The notes under the pieces are model-generated. The model was not told the origin of the DNA and did no database searches. It was given only the letters and a program-made list of their open reading frames with translations. A DNA stretch of 64,000 bases. Origin: Octopus sinensis. Taxonomy: Eukaryota. The position numbers were made by a program, and so were the translations under genes. Each line of letters begins with the position of its first letter. Position 1 is the stretch's first letter. The stretch covers positions 26,287,360 to 26,351,359 of the forward strand of contig NC_043019.1 in the NCBI RefSeq assembly GCF_006345805.1, read 5' to 3'. This document shows positions 49,735 through 60,738 of this stretch, one piece after another.

Positions 49735-50170
49735 TCCCTTTGTCTGTCCCCTCTATGTTTAGCCCCTTGTGGGCAATAAATAAGCATCTGAGTTATCTAC
49801 CTTGAATACTGAGTTAAGGTTTTCCTCTTGACACAGTTCCAGTATCATTTTGTGATCTTATGTGGTAATATGTATTTGTATACATACCTATGGTCATCTC
49901 ACCTTACTGATATCAGATCATCAAATACCTATATCTCTCCCACCACCTACTCATTTCGTGCCACAAAGTCAATGACTAGGCAGGGCTGACATCATCATTT
50001 GATAACCCTGATGATGATCCACATGCTTCTCTTTCTCAAATATATCAGAACTAGCTTATGGGTAAGTGTCTTACTTTCTATTTGAGTTTAAATTTTCACT
50101 CGGTCCACTGTTTTATAAATGATGCATATAATACCATAAACCTTCCTTCTTTCAGTGAAGAATATTTCAT

Positions 50171-50622
50171 TTAACCCTTTAACATTCAGATTATTATTAT
50201 AGTGCAGGCTATTAATCCCAAGATTCCGAGGTCGATTCCAGGCAGTGACCTGAATAATAATAATAACATCAAAAAATACCTTAGGAATGAGAACCAAGGT
50301 TCGAAATTTCTCCAAGACACCTGATGAAGGCTGGAGGGTATATCAATTGAAATGTTGTGTTAACAACAAATAAGATGAAGACAAATATCTGTCAAATGTA
50401 AATAATGCAGACTATTTCTGTCTTGTTTAATGCTTATTCCTTCACATTGTTTTGAATTAATCATGTGTTATCTTGTAGCTTCAAGATTTCAATGATATAA
50501 CTTTATTTTCAGAATGATATTGTAGGGTAGGTATAAGAGGCTGGAGCTGGCTGGCCACTTTGAACATAAAACAGATAGAATATTTGGGCCAGATATGTCT
50601 GGTTTAAATGTTAAAGGGTTAA
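50171..50622. mobile_element. MITE family 1 with an inserted Penelope-like terminal fragment (about 50190-50410)
   Basis: TTAA ends; insert carries ACACCTGATGAAGGCTGG...GAAATGTTGTGT and the TCAAATGTAAATAATG end shared with 63395-63420. Confidence 0.8.
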
Positions 50623-50730
50623 AACATCTGTCTGAGATGCCTCCAGTTTGAGTTTGGATGGGATTAGAAAACCCATTGCAGGTTTTACAGAGCTATGTTA
50701 TTTTTCTCCACTTATGGTCTTCTCTAATTA

Positions 50731-50863
50731 TAAGGTTGTCCCAAAAGTTCGTAAACACTATAATGGTCTTTATTTTGAGGAATAATTTTTGTTGTTTTTG
50801 TTAGTACTTGGTGAGTAAAAATTCAATTTTCGCAAGTGTTTACGAACTTTTGGGACAACCTAA
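50731..50863. mobile_element. Mariner-type MITE (133 bp, MADE-like)
   Basis: TA|T(A/T)AGGTTGTCCCAAAAGTTCGTAAACACT...AGTGTTTACGAACTTTTGGGACAACCTAA|TA. Confidence 0.93.
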
Positions 50864-51069
50864 TACTTGCAAAAAGTTACCCCAGTTTGAAGCACAAAAT
50901 TGGGCCAAGCCTTTGATCTCTGAGGAAAATGTTTCATATTGAGAGTTTTCTTATTAGATAAAACATTAGCAAAAGTCAGTTTATCACTGTTTGTATTTAC
51001 TACTAAAGTGGTACTTATGTGCACACTGTTGTTGTTATTCTTTGGCCCTGTTTAGAGTACCCCTGATGT

Positions 51070-51685
51070 GTTGGGCAATATGATATTCTTGAGAAGACCT
51101 GTTGAATCAAATAAAACCAATATCGTAGCTGTGGCCAGTGCCCCCTGACTGGCTCCCGTGTCGATGGCATGTAAAAAGCACCATCCAAACATGGTTGATG
51201 CCAGTACCCCCTGACTGGCTCTCGTGCTGGTGGCATGTAGAAAGCACCATCTGAACGTGGCCAATGCCAGTTCCCACTGACTGGCCTCCATGCTGGTGGT
51301 ATGTGAAAAGCATTATCCGAACGTGGCTGATGCCAGTACCCACCGACTGGCTCTTGTGCCAGTGGCACGTAAAAAGCAGCATTCGAATGTGGTTGATGCC
51401 AATACCCCCTGGCTAGCCCCTGTGCCAGTGGCATGTGAAAAGCACTATCTGAATGTGATCAATGCCAGGCCTGCCTAACTGGCTCCTGTGCCGGTAGCAC
51501 GTAAAAGCACCCACTACTACACTCTTGGAATGGTTGGTGTTAGGAAAAGCATCCAGCTGTAGAAACTCTGCCAGATCAGATTGGAGCCTGGTGCAGCCTC
51601 CTGGCTTGCTGGTCCTCAGTGAAACCATCCAACCCATACCAGCATGGAAAACGGATGTTAAACGACGACGACAATGATGATGATC
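51070..51685. mobile_element. Family C repeat with about six tandem 64-bp internal units (about 51130-51500)
   Basis: Repeated TGCCAGT...CTGACTGGCTC..GTG..GGTGGCA.GTAAAAAGCA units; source of the repetitive minus-strand ORFs. Confidence 0.88.
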
Positions 51686-51984
51686 GTCTGCTGTGTTTAC
51701 AGGAAATGTAAGTTTGAGTCTCATTGGCAGCCTTTTGATGTTTTCCATTCAAAGGGTTTTCATACAATATTTACTCACTATTATTTATAGCTCAATCTAC
51801 TTCAAGTTTCACTGTTCCTAAAAAAATTTAAAAAACCTTATGATTTCTTTTGCAAGGCTCTGCAAGGGGAGATTCCAAATTGAGTGAAGTTTTCCACATG
51901 TGAGTATTTTGAGTGTATTTCATCTAGCATTTGAGTTGCTATTTCTAGCTTTACCTGCTAGAAATAGCACCCAAAGGATTTTAA

Positions 51985-52765
51985 ATCAGATCCCTATGCT
52001 GGATGTTCCAGAACCAAATGAAGGGCAGATTTTCAATCCTGATTCCAAAAAGGTATAATATGTCAAGTAGACTATAGTTACCAATTTCTACAAATTTATT
52101 GGAGGACAACCTATCTCTCTCCAAGTGGAACTTGAAAATGTCAATAAGGACTTGACTGAAGAGAAAACTTTTTACCACCAGTTCTTTTGCTTGTGTTGAT
52201 CACATAACCTCTTTTCCCCCTAGCTTTTAGATGGGGGAAACTGCATGCCCTTCCCTGCCAAAGGAAGGCAGCAGGACAGTCTTCAAGGTAAACACATCCA
52301 ATAACTGGACATGCTCTACACATGATAATGGATGTTTGACAAACTTTACATGTCAGGATTCCTCAAACACAGAAAGAATGCATGCAAAATGGCTTCATTG
52401 CTATGCACACATCTCAGTCAAGTCAAGCAATGCCCCTCTGCTCACTGCCAGGCTAAGGATTTCTGGAAATCAGCCATTCTTGATAGAGTTCAGGAACAAA
52501 CCAACCAACTGTTTCTTTTTGACATCCAGAGCTTCCTTTAAAATGTTCTCTATGGGCTGTGAGCACCTGACAACATTTTAAGTGTCAGATATCCAATATT
52601 GGTAACCCTTAACCCAGAACTGCAGTTCTGTCAAAGATGCTGGCTGTGAGAAAAATATACCTGACAGAGGGCAACCAGATCTCACCATCTAGAAATCTCT
52701 GTAGATGACACAGCCTCCATACATGTCATCACATTATCAAACCTCAAACACAAAACACTCTGTAT
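51985..52765 (-). mobile_element. Tx1/L1-clade ORF2 C-terminal remnant
   Basis: RLCHLQRFLDGEIWLPSVR on minus; degenerate downstream; an inverted relative lies at 53395-53690. Confidence 0.5.
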
Positions 52766-52769
52766 AGAT

Positions 52770-53391
52770 CAGTGGTTCTCAACTGGGGTCCACCAAGGCC
52801 CTTGGGGGTCCATATAAGATTTTGTTGTTAAAATTTAAGTGCAATGAATTGGTTATACTTCTAGTTCACACAAAATATTAAATTTTTTTTTGTGGCTGTG
52901 TGGTAAGTAGCTTGCTTACCAACCAAATGGTTCCGGGTTCATTCCCACTGTGTGGCACCTCGGGCAAGTGTCTTCTACTATAGCCTTGGGCCGACCAAAA
53001 CGTTGTGAGTGGATTTGGTGGATGGAAACTGAAGGAAGCCCATCATATATATGTATGTGTATATGTTTGTGTGTCTGTGTTTGCCCCCCCCACCATTGCT
53101 TGAAAACCGATGAGGGTGTGTTTACATCCCCATTCTTAGTGGTTTGGCAAAAGAGACCGATAGAATAAGTACTAGGCTTACAAAGAATAAGTCCTGGGGT
53201 TGATTTGCTCAACTAAGGGCGGTGTTCCAGCATGGCTGTAGTTAAATGACTGAAACAAGTAAAAGAGTATACAATTCCTAATATTTCATTATATAAGTAC
53301 TGTAAGATTTTTATATATCTCAAATAGCTATGGAGATATATAAAATAGGAAGCAAAAGGGCCGATGGGCAAAAAATGGTTGAAAACCACTG
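52770..53391. mobile_element. hAT-type MITE containing a plus-strand SINE A (about 52890-53270)
   Basis: TIRs CAGTGGTTCTCAAC / GTTGAAAACCACTG; 8-bp TSD GTATAGAT / GTATAGAG (7/8). Confidence 0.85.
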
Positions 53392-53689
53392 GTATAGAGT
53401 GTGCAACAGATGGACTGGCTGACCAACAGATGTCTTTTCCACAGAAAAAAAAAAAGCAGATGCTCAAATCTGAGATGTATATTCAGTGAGGCTGTGTCAT
53501 CTGAACACATTCCAAGAGAGTAAGATTTGGCTGCTCTCTGTGATGCATACTTTTCTTGCATCACATTTCTTTGACAGAACTGCAATCCTGGGCCAAAGAA
53601 GACCAACATTGGACATCTGAGACTTGAAATGTTGTCAGGTCCTCATAATCCTCTACCTATTGGGAAATGCAACCATTTTGATGGTATTG

Positions 53690-54050
53690 AAAAGAAACTA
53701 TCCATCCGCTAGATGGATGGCTTTCTTTTGAATTCCACGAAGGATGTTTGTATGTACCCATAGCACCAGCGGGTATTTAGAAGATACCTCATAGAGTGAC
53801 AACCATGCCTTGCATAGCTATTGGTTGCCCTTTGGCAAGGCATAGCACCTGTTCAGCCACCCTATTGGGCATATGGCGAAGTCATGGGACTGCAGTATGG
53901 CATATTGCAAAGAATTAGAAGAAGAGCTCATCTGAGTCAACAATACTTCTTACATTGATGCTGAGCGGAGGAATCTAAGATCACCAAGCTTCTACCAAGA
54001 GAGTAACTGCAACACATCTATAGTGGCAGCGTCCATGATTGTGTAATCAG
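53690..54050 (-). mobile_element. CR1/Jockey-type LINE fragment
   Basis: HTNILRGIQKKAIHL on minus resembles LLDRIQKKAIRL. Confidence 0.5.
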
Positions 54051-54724
54051 CTAACGAAAGATTCATTATGACTCAAGCTTCCAATTCAAATATAATAGAA
54101 TTAGGTGATGACAGAGGCTCACAGGAATCTATGCCAGCAGCACAGCAGGATGGATGGACGGATGGACAGCTCATACGTACAAGCAGTTGTTCATTGTGGG
54201 TCACGCTTGAGATTTGTAGAGAATGAGTCGCTGTTTAGTGCTGGAGTAGTTTCTAGCTTTGAAGGGGTTTCGCCCTTGGTCCACAGTTATGAATGAGAGA
54301 GCTCGTCAAGAAAGATTACCAGAGAGGGTGAAACCGGACATTAGTGACAAATGATGACATTGTTGATGATATAAGTGGTAGTAGTAGTAGTAGTCGTTGT
54401 TAGTTAGGATTTAGAAATGGGATGGGCTGTGAAAAAATAATAAACTGAAACATTTGTAAACGAAGCAGTTATCAAAAAATAAATTAAGAAATAAATTAAA
54501 ATAAGTAAACACAGTCTAAAAGTACTAGCAACAATACAAAGAGATGTAAAAACAACAACAACAACAGCGATAACAAAAAAAAGAAAGGCACAAAAATCTC
54601 CAGCAAAAAAAAAAAACGCAAACAAGAAAGCACCAGGAAGAATCGTCCTCCCAACATTAAAAAAATAAATAAATGAAAAACAAACAAAATTTGAGGGAGG
54701 GTATACAATGTTTTATATAAGAGG

Positions 54725-54973
54725 CCATCCGATTGGTTGAATTGTACACGAGTATCCAATCGTGTGTAATTTATTATGAGGCTGTACGGCAATGTTTCTC
54801 AAACCACCAACAATTGCAACAATGAAATGGAAATAACAGTAAAAAAAGTCATCGAAACGTGTCTTCTAAATAAAAACACAGTGGAAACATTCGACTGATC
54901 CTTTATTTATATATATTCATATATCGATACGGCTTCGTTGTTTCTTTCTCGCTTTTTGGAGGCCTTGATCGAG
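54725..54973 (+). promoter_or_regulatory. Candidate promoter and non-coding first exon of a plus-strand transcript
   Basis: Opposed CCAAT boxes (ATTGG 54732-36, CCAAT 54756-60), CpG-retaining stretch, strong donor GAG|GTGAGT at 54973/54974. Confidence 0.45.
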
Positions 54974-55174
54974 GTGAGTTTTTTATTATTATTATTATTG
55001 TTATTGTTATTATTATTATTATTACATTATTTTGGTTTAGTTGTTGTTGTTGTTATTGTAGTTGTTGTTGTTGTGGTTTTTTTTATTCCTCTTGTATTTT
55101 TCTGTTTTTTTTTTTTAAAATGGAATCGAAATTTTCATAACTTAATCTCTAATTGGACTCATTAATGTATGCGC

Positions 55175-55175
55175 T

Positions 55176-55223
<48 letters not shown>

Positions 55224-55262
55224 CACACACGCATGTCTGTCTGTCTATCTATCTATCTATCC

Positions 55263-55320
<58 letters not shown>

Positions 55321-55398
55321 AAGTGCATGTTTATATATATATATATATATAATATATATATATATATTGTATTATATGCATTTGTATGTATGTGTGTG

Positions 55399-55434
<36 letters not shown>

Positions 55435-55546
55435 TATACATACAAATATATATGTATATATATGCATGCACAAACACACAAGCTATAATTCGATCTGTTT
55501 ACACAAGTATCTCTTCTGCAGTGTATAACAGTTCCCAGTCCAACCC

Positions 55547-55585
<39 letters not shown>

Positions 55586-55660
55586 ATACACACATACGTC
55601 TATACATATATATGTGTATGTATACATAAATATATATATATGTATGTACACACACTATCA
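55175..55660. repeat. Compound microsatellite (GT)n/(TA)n/(ATCT)n/(CA)n
   Basis: Directly visible; source of the YI/SIYL ORFs. Confidence 0.95.
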
Positions 55661-56824
55661 TTCTTGTGTCGTATGCTGTATTTCTGTAACAGTTTTCACG
55701 ATCACAACTCCTCATCTAACAAACGTGTTTGCTCTGCCATCGTTGTTTTGATTCTGTCTTGGGAAACAGAAATGTGTATTACATAAAAAACAACAACAAC
55801 AGCAAATCCCTTTCTCTCTCTAATGTGTGTGTGTGTGTGCTCGCGCGTGTATCCAATAATACATCATATATATATATATATATATAGGATATGAATATAT
55901 ATATATACACACACAGACACTCATATATATATATATATGTTATATTGTATATATATTTGTTGATTTTGTGAAATCTCTTTTGCAATTTAAGCTATTTTGT
56001 GGATCAAGACGTAATATATATTTTAAAGTTGGTTTAGTTCCATCATCTCCACCACAACCACCATCAACATCAAGAATAATCACTGTTCGTTCCCCCCCCC
56101 CCACTCTATCTCGTTTCTTTGGATTTTGTTGTTTGTTTTTGTCTGCAATTCTAATTTCTAATTCTTAATTTAATTTAATTCGTGCGTCAGTGTTTTTCAG
56201 GACAAGCAGTCAAGTAACCCACCCCTCTTCTGTTATCATTTCCGTTTCTAAATAGACCTCTACCAACCGATGTGGGAATATATATATATATATATATATA
56301 CATATATATATAACTGTTTGCTGAGAGAAGCTATCGTTATTGCTCTTTGCTCCAAGGCTAGACAAATCGATCTAAATCAACGCCACAAACCGACTGTCTA
56401 GACGAGAGCATTTTTTTTTCTATCTCGTTTTGGCTTTTAGTTTATCCAGGATGGTGGGGGGTTGTCCCTGTGGGTGTGAGAATCGCTAGCTGTTGTTTCT
56501 CTCGTAAAACACTTCCTCGCCTCCAGCATCCCCCAAACAACCCAAACGTATGTTTCCTGAAGGGATAAATGGACGAAAACGATATCGTTTTAGACACACG
56601 CACACACACACACACACACACACATATAAATATATATATAGCCAGGGTTGTTAGTACAGTTAGTTAACACGTATCACACTCCACGGCAAATGTCCTTCGT
56701 TTGTACTGATTACATTTTGTTTAATAATAGAGTTTAAAAAAATCGAAACAAGCGTAAAGTTGTTGCCTGGCTGTTTTGCGTCTAGATTTAAGAACCCCTT
56801 TAAAAATAATAATAATAATAATAA

Positions 56825-57270
56825 TATATTTCTTTACTACCCACAAGGGGCTAAACATAGAGGGGACAAACAAGGACAGACAAAGGAATTGAGTCGATTA
56901 CATCGACCCCAATGCGTAACTGGTACTTTATTTATCGACCCCGAAAGGATGAAAGGCAAAGTTGACCTCGACGGAATTTGAACTCAGAACCTAACGACAG
57001 ACGAAATACGGCAACGCATTTCGCCCAGCGTGCTAAAGATTCTGCCAGCTCGCCCAATAATAATAATAATAATAATAATAACAATAACAACAACAAAAAA
57101 AAAAAAAAAAAAAAATCGTTTCTACTAAAGGCACGAGGCCTGACATTTTTGGGGAGGGGTTATGTCGAGTACATCGACTCCAGTGTTTCACTGGTACGTA
57201 CTTAATTTATCGACCCCAAAAGGATGAAAGGCAAAGTCGACCTCGTGGAATTTGAACTCTGAACGTAATA
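56825..57270 (-). mobile_element. Two family B SINEs separated by (AAT)n/(AAC)n/poly-A
   Basis: CCCCGAAAGGATGAAAGGCAAAG core at about 56940 and 57215. Confidence 0.9.
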
Positions 57271-57331
57271 TGATGATTCGTAAACAAACAACCGAGAGAG
57301 AAAGCAAGAGAGCTTAGGCAGATAGATAGAT

Positions 57332-57465
57332 GGTCATCCTTCGGTATTGGTCTCCGGTTGAGAAGACGTCATTCACCCACTTTTCCAGCCTAGCCTCTTT
57401 ATCTATGTCCATGAGGGGAAGTTGGATGGGTGAATGATGTCGTCTTTCAATACCGAAGGATGGCC
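57332..57465 (+). ncRNA. Isolated 134-nt hairpin of unknown class
   Basis: 18-bp basal stem, further 7-, 11-, 6- and 4-bp helices; three G-U pairs on plus. Confidence 0.35.
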
Positions 57466-57794
57466 TGATAAGTGTTTGTGTATTGGATGCAAGCTGGACC
57501 GAGTGGTCAAGAAGTTTGTATCGCAATTACGAGGTCCCGTTTTCGATCCCCGCTGCGTGCCCGTCTTAGGCTAGCGTCTTCTACATTTACCTGGAATCAA
57601 CTCAAATATTCATAAACGAATTTGGTTCGATGGAAACTGTGTGGAAGCCTTGTCACACAATGCCCAACGGGTGAAATACCCAGCCACTTTAGCCGATTGA
57701 ATAACTGAAGTACTCATCGTTGAAACTGACGGAGATCCATTTACATAATTTACATACATGCATCTAATACACACGGACACATGTAAGTTTGTGT

Positions 57795-58130
57795 GTATGT
57801 ATGTATGTATGTATCATCATCATCATCATCATCATCATTGTTTAGCGTCCGCTTTCCATGCTAGCATGGGTTGGATGGTTCAACTGGGGTCTGTGAAGCC
57901 AGAAGGCTGCATCAGGCCCCGTCTGATCTGGCAGTGCTTCTACGGCTGGATGCCCTGCCTAACGCCAACCACTCCGTGAGTGTAGTGGATGCTTTTTACG
58001 TGCCACCTGCACAGGTGCCAGGCGAGGATGGCAACGGCCACGGTCGGATTGGTGCATTTTACGTGCCACTGGCACGGAAGCAAGTCGAGGCGGCACTGGC
58101 ATCAGCCACGATTCGGATGGTGCTTTACAC
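57795..58130. mobile_element. Family C repeat, young copy
   Basis: (CAT)n-TGTTTAGCGTCCG...GATGCCCTGCCTAACGCCAACC...GTGCCACTGGCACGG. Confidence 0.92.
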
Positions 58131-58163
58131 GTATATATATATATACACACGTATATATAGTAG

Positions 58164-58310
58164 GAGATGGATTTCATATTAGGTTTTTATTAGGTACAAC
58201 ATATGTTTCGACCCATCAATCTGAGTCTCTTCAATGTACCTGAAGAGACCCAGACTGATACGTCGAAACATATGTTGTACCGAATAAAAATCTAATACGA
58301 AATCCATCTC
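58164..58310. mobile_element. Penelope-type terminal palindrome (70-bp arms, 7-nt spacer)
   Basis: Arms differ at 7 of 70 positions. Confidence 0.85.
58236..58280 (+). ncRNA. Minimal type I hammerhead ribozyme motif
   Basis: GTAC-CTGAAGA-GAC(12 nt)GTC-GAAA-C-ATAT-G-TT-GTAC: intact core, 4-bp stem I, 3-bp stem II, self-complementary AACATATGTT stem III, GUU cleavage triplet. Confidence 0.7.
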
Positions 58311-58491
58311 TTACCATCAATTAATACTGTTATCCTAACTACTATTGCAGAGTTCCTGAAGTAGATCCAATGGAAGTGTACCAAAACTGCGAATGAAAAA
58401 CAGGTAGCCTAAACTGTGCCGGTGCTATACTCAGCATTCAAACACATTAATTGAATTATACTTATTTGTCCCAAAACAATTATATGGTATA

Positions 58492-58893
58492 GGCGCAGGA
58501 GTGGCTGTGTGGTAAGTAGCTTGCTAACCAACCACATGGTTCTGGGTTCAGTCCCACTGCGTGGCATCTTGGGCAAGTGTCTTCTGCTATAGCCCAGGCT
58601 GACCAATGCCTTGTGAGTGGATTTGGTAGACGGAAACTGAAAGAAGCCTGTTGTATATATGTATATATATATAAATGTGTGTGTATATGTTTGTGAGTCT
58701 GTGTTTGTCCCCCTAGCATTGCTTGACAACCAATGCTGGTGTGTTTACGTCCCCGTCACTTAGCGGTTCGGCAAAAGAGACCGATAGAATAAGTACTGGG
58801 CTTACAAAGAATAAGTCCTGGGGTCGATTTGCTTGACTAAAGGCGGTGCTCCAGCATGGCCGCAGTCAAATGACTGAAACAAGTAAGAGAGTA
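58492..58893 (+). mobile_element. SINE family A, young full-length copy
   Basis: GGCGCAGGAGTGGCTGTGTGGTAAG head through AAGTAAGAGAGTA tail. Confidence 0.95.
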
Positions 58894-59259
58894 TATAATT
58901 GTTAGCTCATACCATGTATAATTATTAGCAATAGAAGAATGAGAATATTACTCCTTTACAAAAACCCCGTAATCATCAGATGAAACATAATTTTACGAAC
59001 AAAAGAATGCCCCAAGAATACAGCAAGAATGGGGCTGAAGTCTGTCGAGGCTGACTATGAAATGGGAGAATGACCAACATGGTTGGCCGTTGAGGTCAAG
59101 AATGCAGTTCTTGAAAGGGTGTAATATGATATGGCTTCAGTTAGGAATCGTAACATATTACACAATCTAACGGATTGAATTACGCTTCCGTCAAAATAAA
59201 AGCTTCCAATGAAACAGTAGTGGCAATACCACATAACCCATTCATCTACTTTTATTATG

Positions 59260-59263
59260 TGTC

Positions 59264-59295
<32 letters not shown>

Positions 59296-59690
59296 CATCA
59301 TATAAATGTCTCTGTATATGTGTATGTATGTATATATATATTTATATATATATGTATATTATTTCTATATATATATGTATGTATATCATATATATATATA
59401 TATATATATGCATATATATATGTATATTATATATATATGCATGTATATATATATATATGTATATTATATATGTATATATGTATATTATATATATATATAT
59501 GCATGTATATATATATATATGCATGTATATATATATATATGTATATTATATATGTATATATATATATAGTATATATATATATGTATATATATTATATATG
59601 TATGTTTGTATATTATATATGTATATATACATATGTGTATATATGTGTGTGTATGTATGTTATATAAGTATATATATATATATATATATG
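59260..59690. repeat. (CAT)n plus a long TA/GTAT-rich compound micro/minisatellite
   Basis: Directly visible; source of the 187-aa YI-rich ORF. Confidence 0.95.
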
Positions 59691-59999
59691 ACAGGTCAAT
59701 ACCTAGAAACTGCAGTCCGTGCGTATCACTTAGGTTGACGAGGGAAGGATGACCTCCCCTTGCAAATACCTTAGAGCACAGAAAGTGTGCCTATAGCCAG
59801 CTGGAGATGTTTTCCTGGGGCTACAAGCTAAAGTAACACCCACCCTTAGTAGTTAGCCATATTGAGATGGCAAATATACCTCACATTGTCATGCAGTTAC
59901 TGTTTATACCTCTTTCAGAGATTTATTATTGCTTATATATATATATATAATATATATATATAATATATATATATATATATGTATGTATGTTATTTCTCA

Positions 60000-60410
60000 T
60001 GGCTAGATATTGTAGCTGTGGCTGATGTCAACGTCACATAACTGGCCTGTTTAAAAGTATCCTTCAATTGTGAGGCAGTATGCTGTGTTTGAGAAGACCT
60101 GTTGAGTCAAGTGATATCTTAGTTGTGGCCATTGTCAGTGCCGCCTGACTGGCTCCTGTGCCAGTGGCACATAAAAAGCTCCATTCAAGTATTTATATTA
60201 TACTAGACCCCCTGCCGGTGGCACGTAAAAAGCACTCAGTACACTCTTGGAGTGGTTGGTGTTAGGAAATGCATCCAGCCATAGAAACCTTATCAGACCA
60301 GATTGGAGCCTGGTGCAGCCTCCTCGCTTGCCTGTCCTCAGTCAAACACTGTTCAACCCATGTCAGCATGGAAGGGGGATGTTAAAAGATGATGATGATG
60401 ATGATTATAT
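60000..60410. mobile_element. Family C repeat
   Basis: GAGAAGACCTGTTGAGTCAAG, GTGGCACGTAAAAAGCAC, (GAT)n tail. Confidence 0.88.
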
Positions 60411-60424
60411 ATGTATATATATAT

Positions 60425-60605
60425 ATAAAGTTAATCCAAACAAGAAAGCCCAAAAAACACAACAACGCTAGGACGTGGAACAAATATAGTATTATTAGAA
60501 GCTCAGGAAAGAAGGAGGGTTTAACGTTTCGAGTGGAGCTCTTCGTCGGAAACATAGGAGAAGGGAAGACAGAGGAAAAAAAATCGCCAACGGTACACAC
60601 AAGGT
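60425..60605 (-). mobile_element. Penelope-like terminal fragment with hammerhead-like motif at 60553-60519
   Basis: Minus: GTTT-CCGACGA-A-GAG(CTCCA)CTC-GAAA-CG-TT-AAAC. Confidence 0.65.
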
Positions 60606-60655
<50 letters not shown>

Positions 60656-60707
60656 CATACACACACATATACATAGACAAAGAGAGACATTTATGTATAT
60701 ATATATA

Positions 60708-60738
<31 letters not shown>

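Noticed and set aside
51015-51434. 139-aa repetitive ORF (GYWHQP..D.AF) as a repeat protein or CRISPR-like array
   Set aside because: Tandem 64-bp internal units of the high-copy family C repeat; no unique spacers.
51938-51968. 12-bp stem GCTATTTCTAGC / GCTAGAAATAGC as an ncRNA
   Set aside because: Short; looks like two head-to-head ends of a common dispersed repeat.
57314-57526. 70-aa minus ORF (…EARLEKWVNDVFSTG…) as a coding exon
   Set aside because: Begins in a decayed SINE and coincides with a long hairpin whose G-U pairs favour the opposite strand; no homology recognised.
58316-58387. Minus-strand 72-nt in-frame exon joining 56561
   Set aside because: The donor GTAAGA is at the edge of the Penelope palindrome, the peptide is unrecognised, and plus-strand splice signals are equally good.
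58492-58570. tRNA gene
   Set aside because: tRNA-like A/B boxes are the SINE head; there is no complete cloverleaf and it continues into the SINE body.
59175-59738. 187-aa Y/I-rich ORF and similar ORFs at 55.1-55.7 kb and 36.6 kb
   Set aside because: Translations of (TA)n/(GTAT)n microsatellites.
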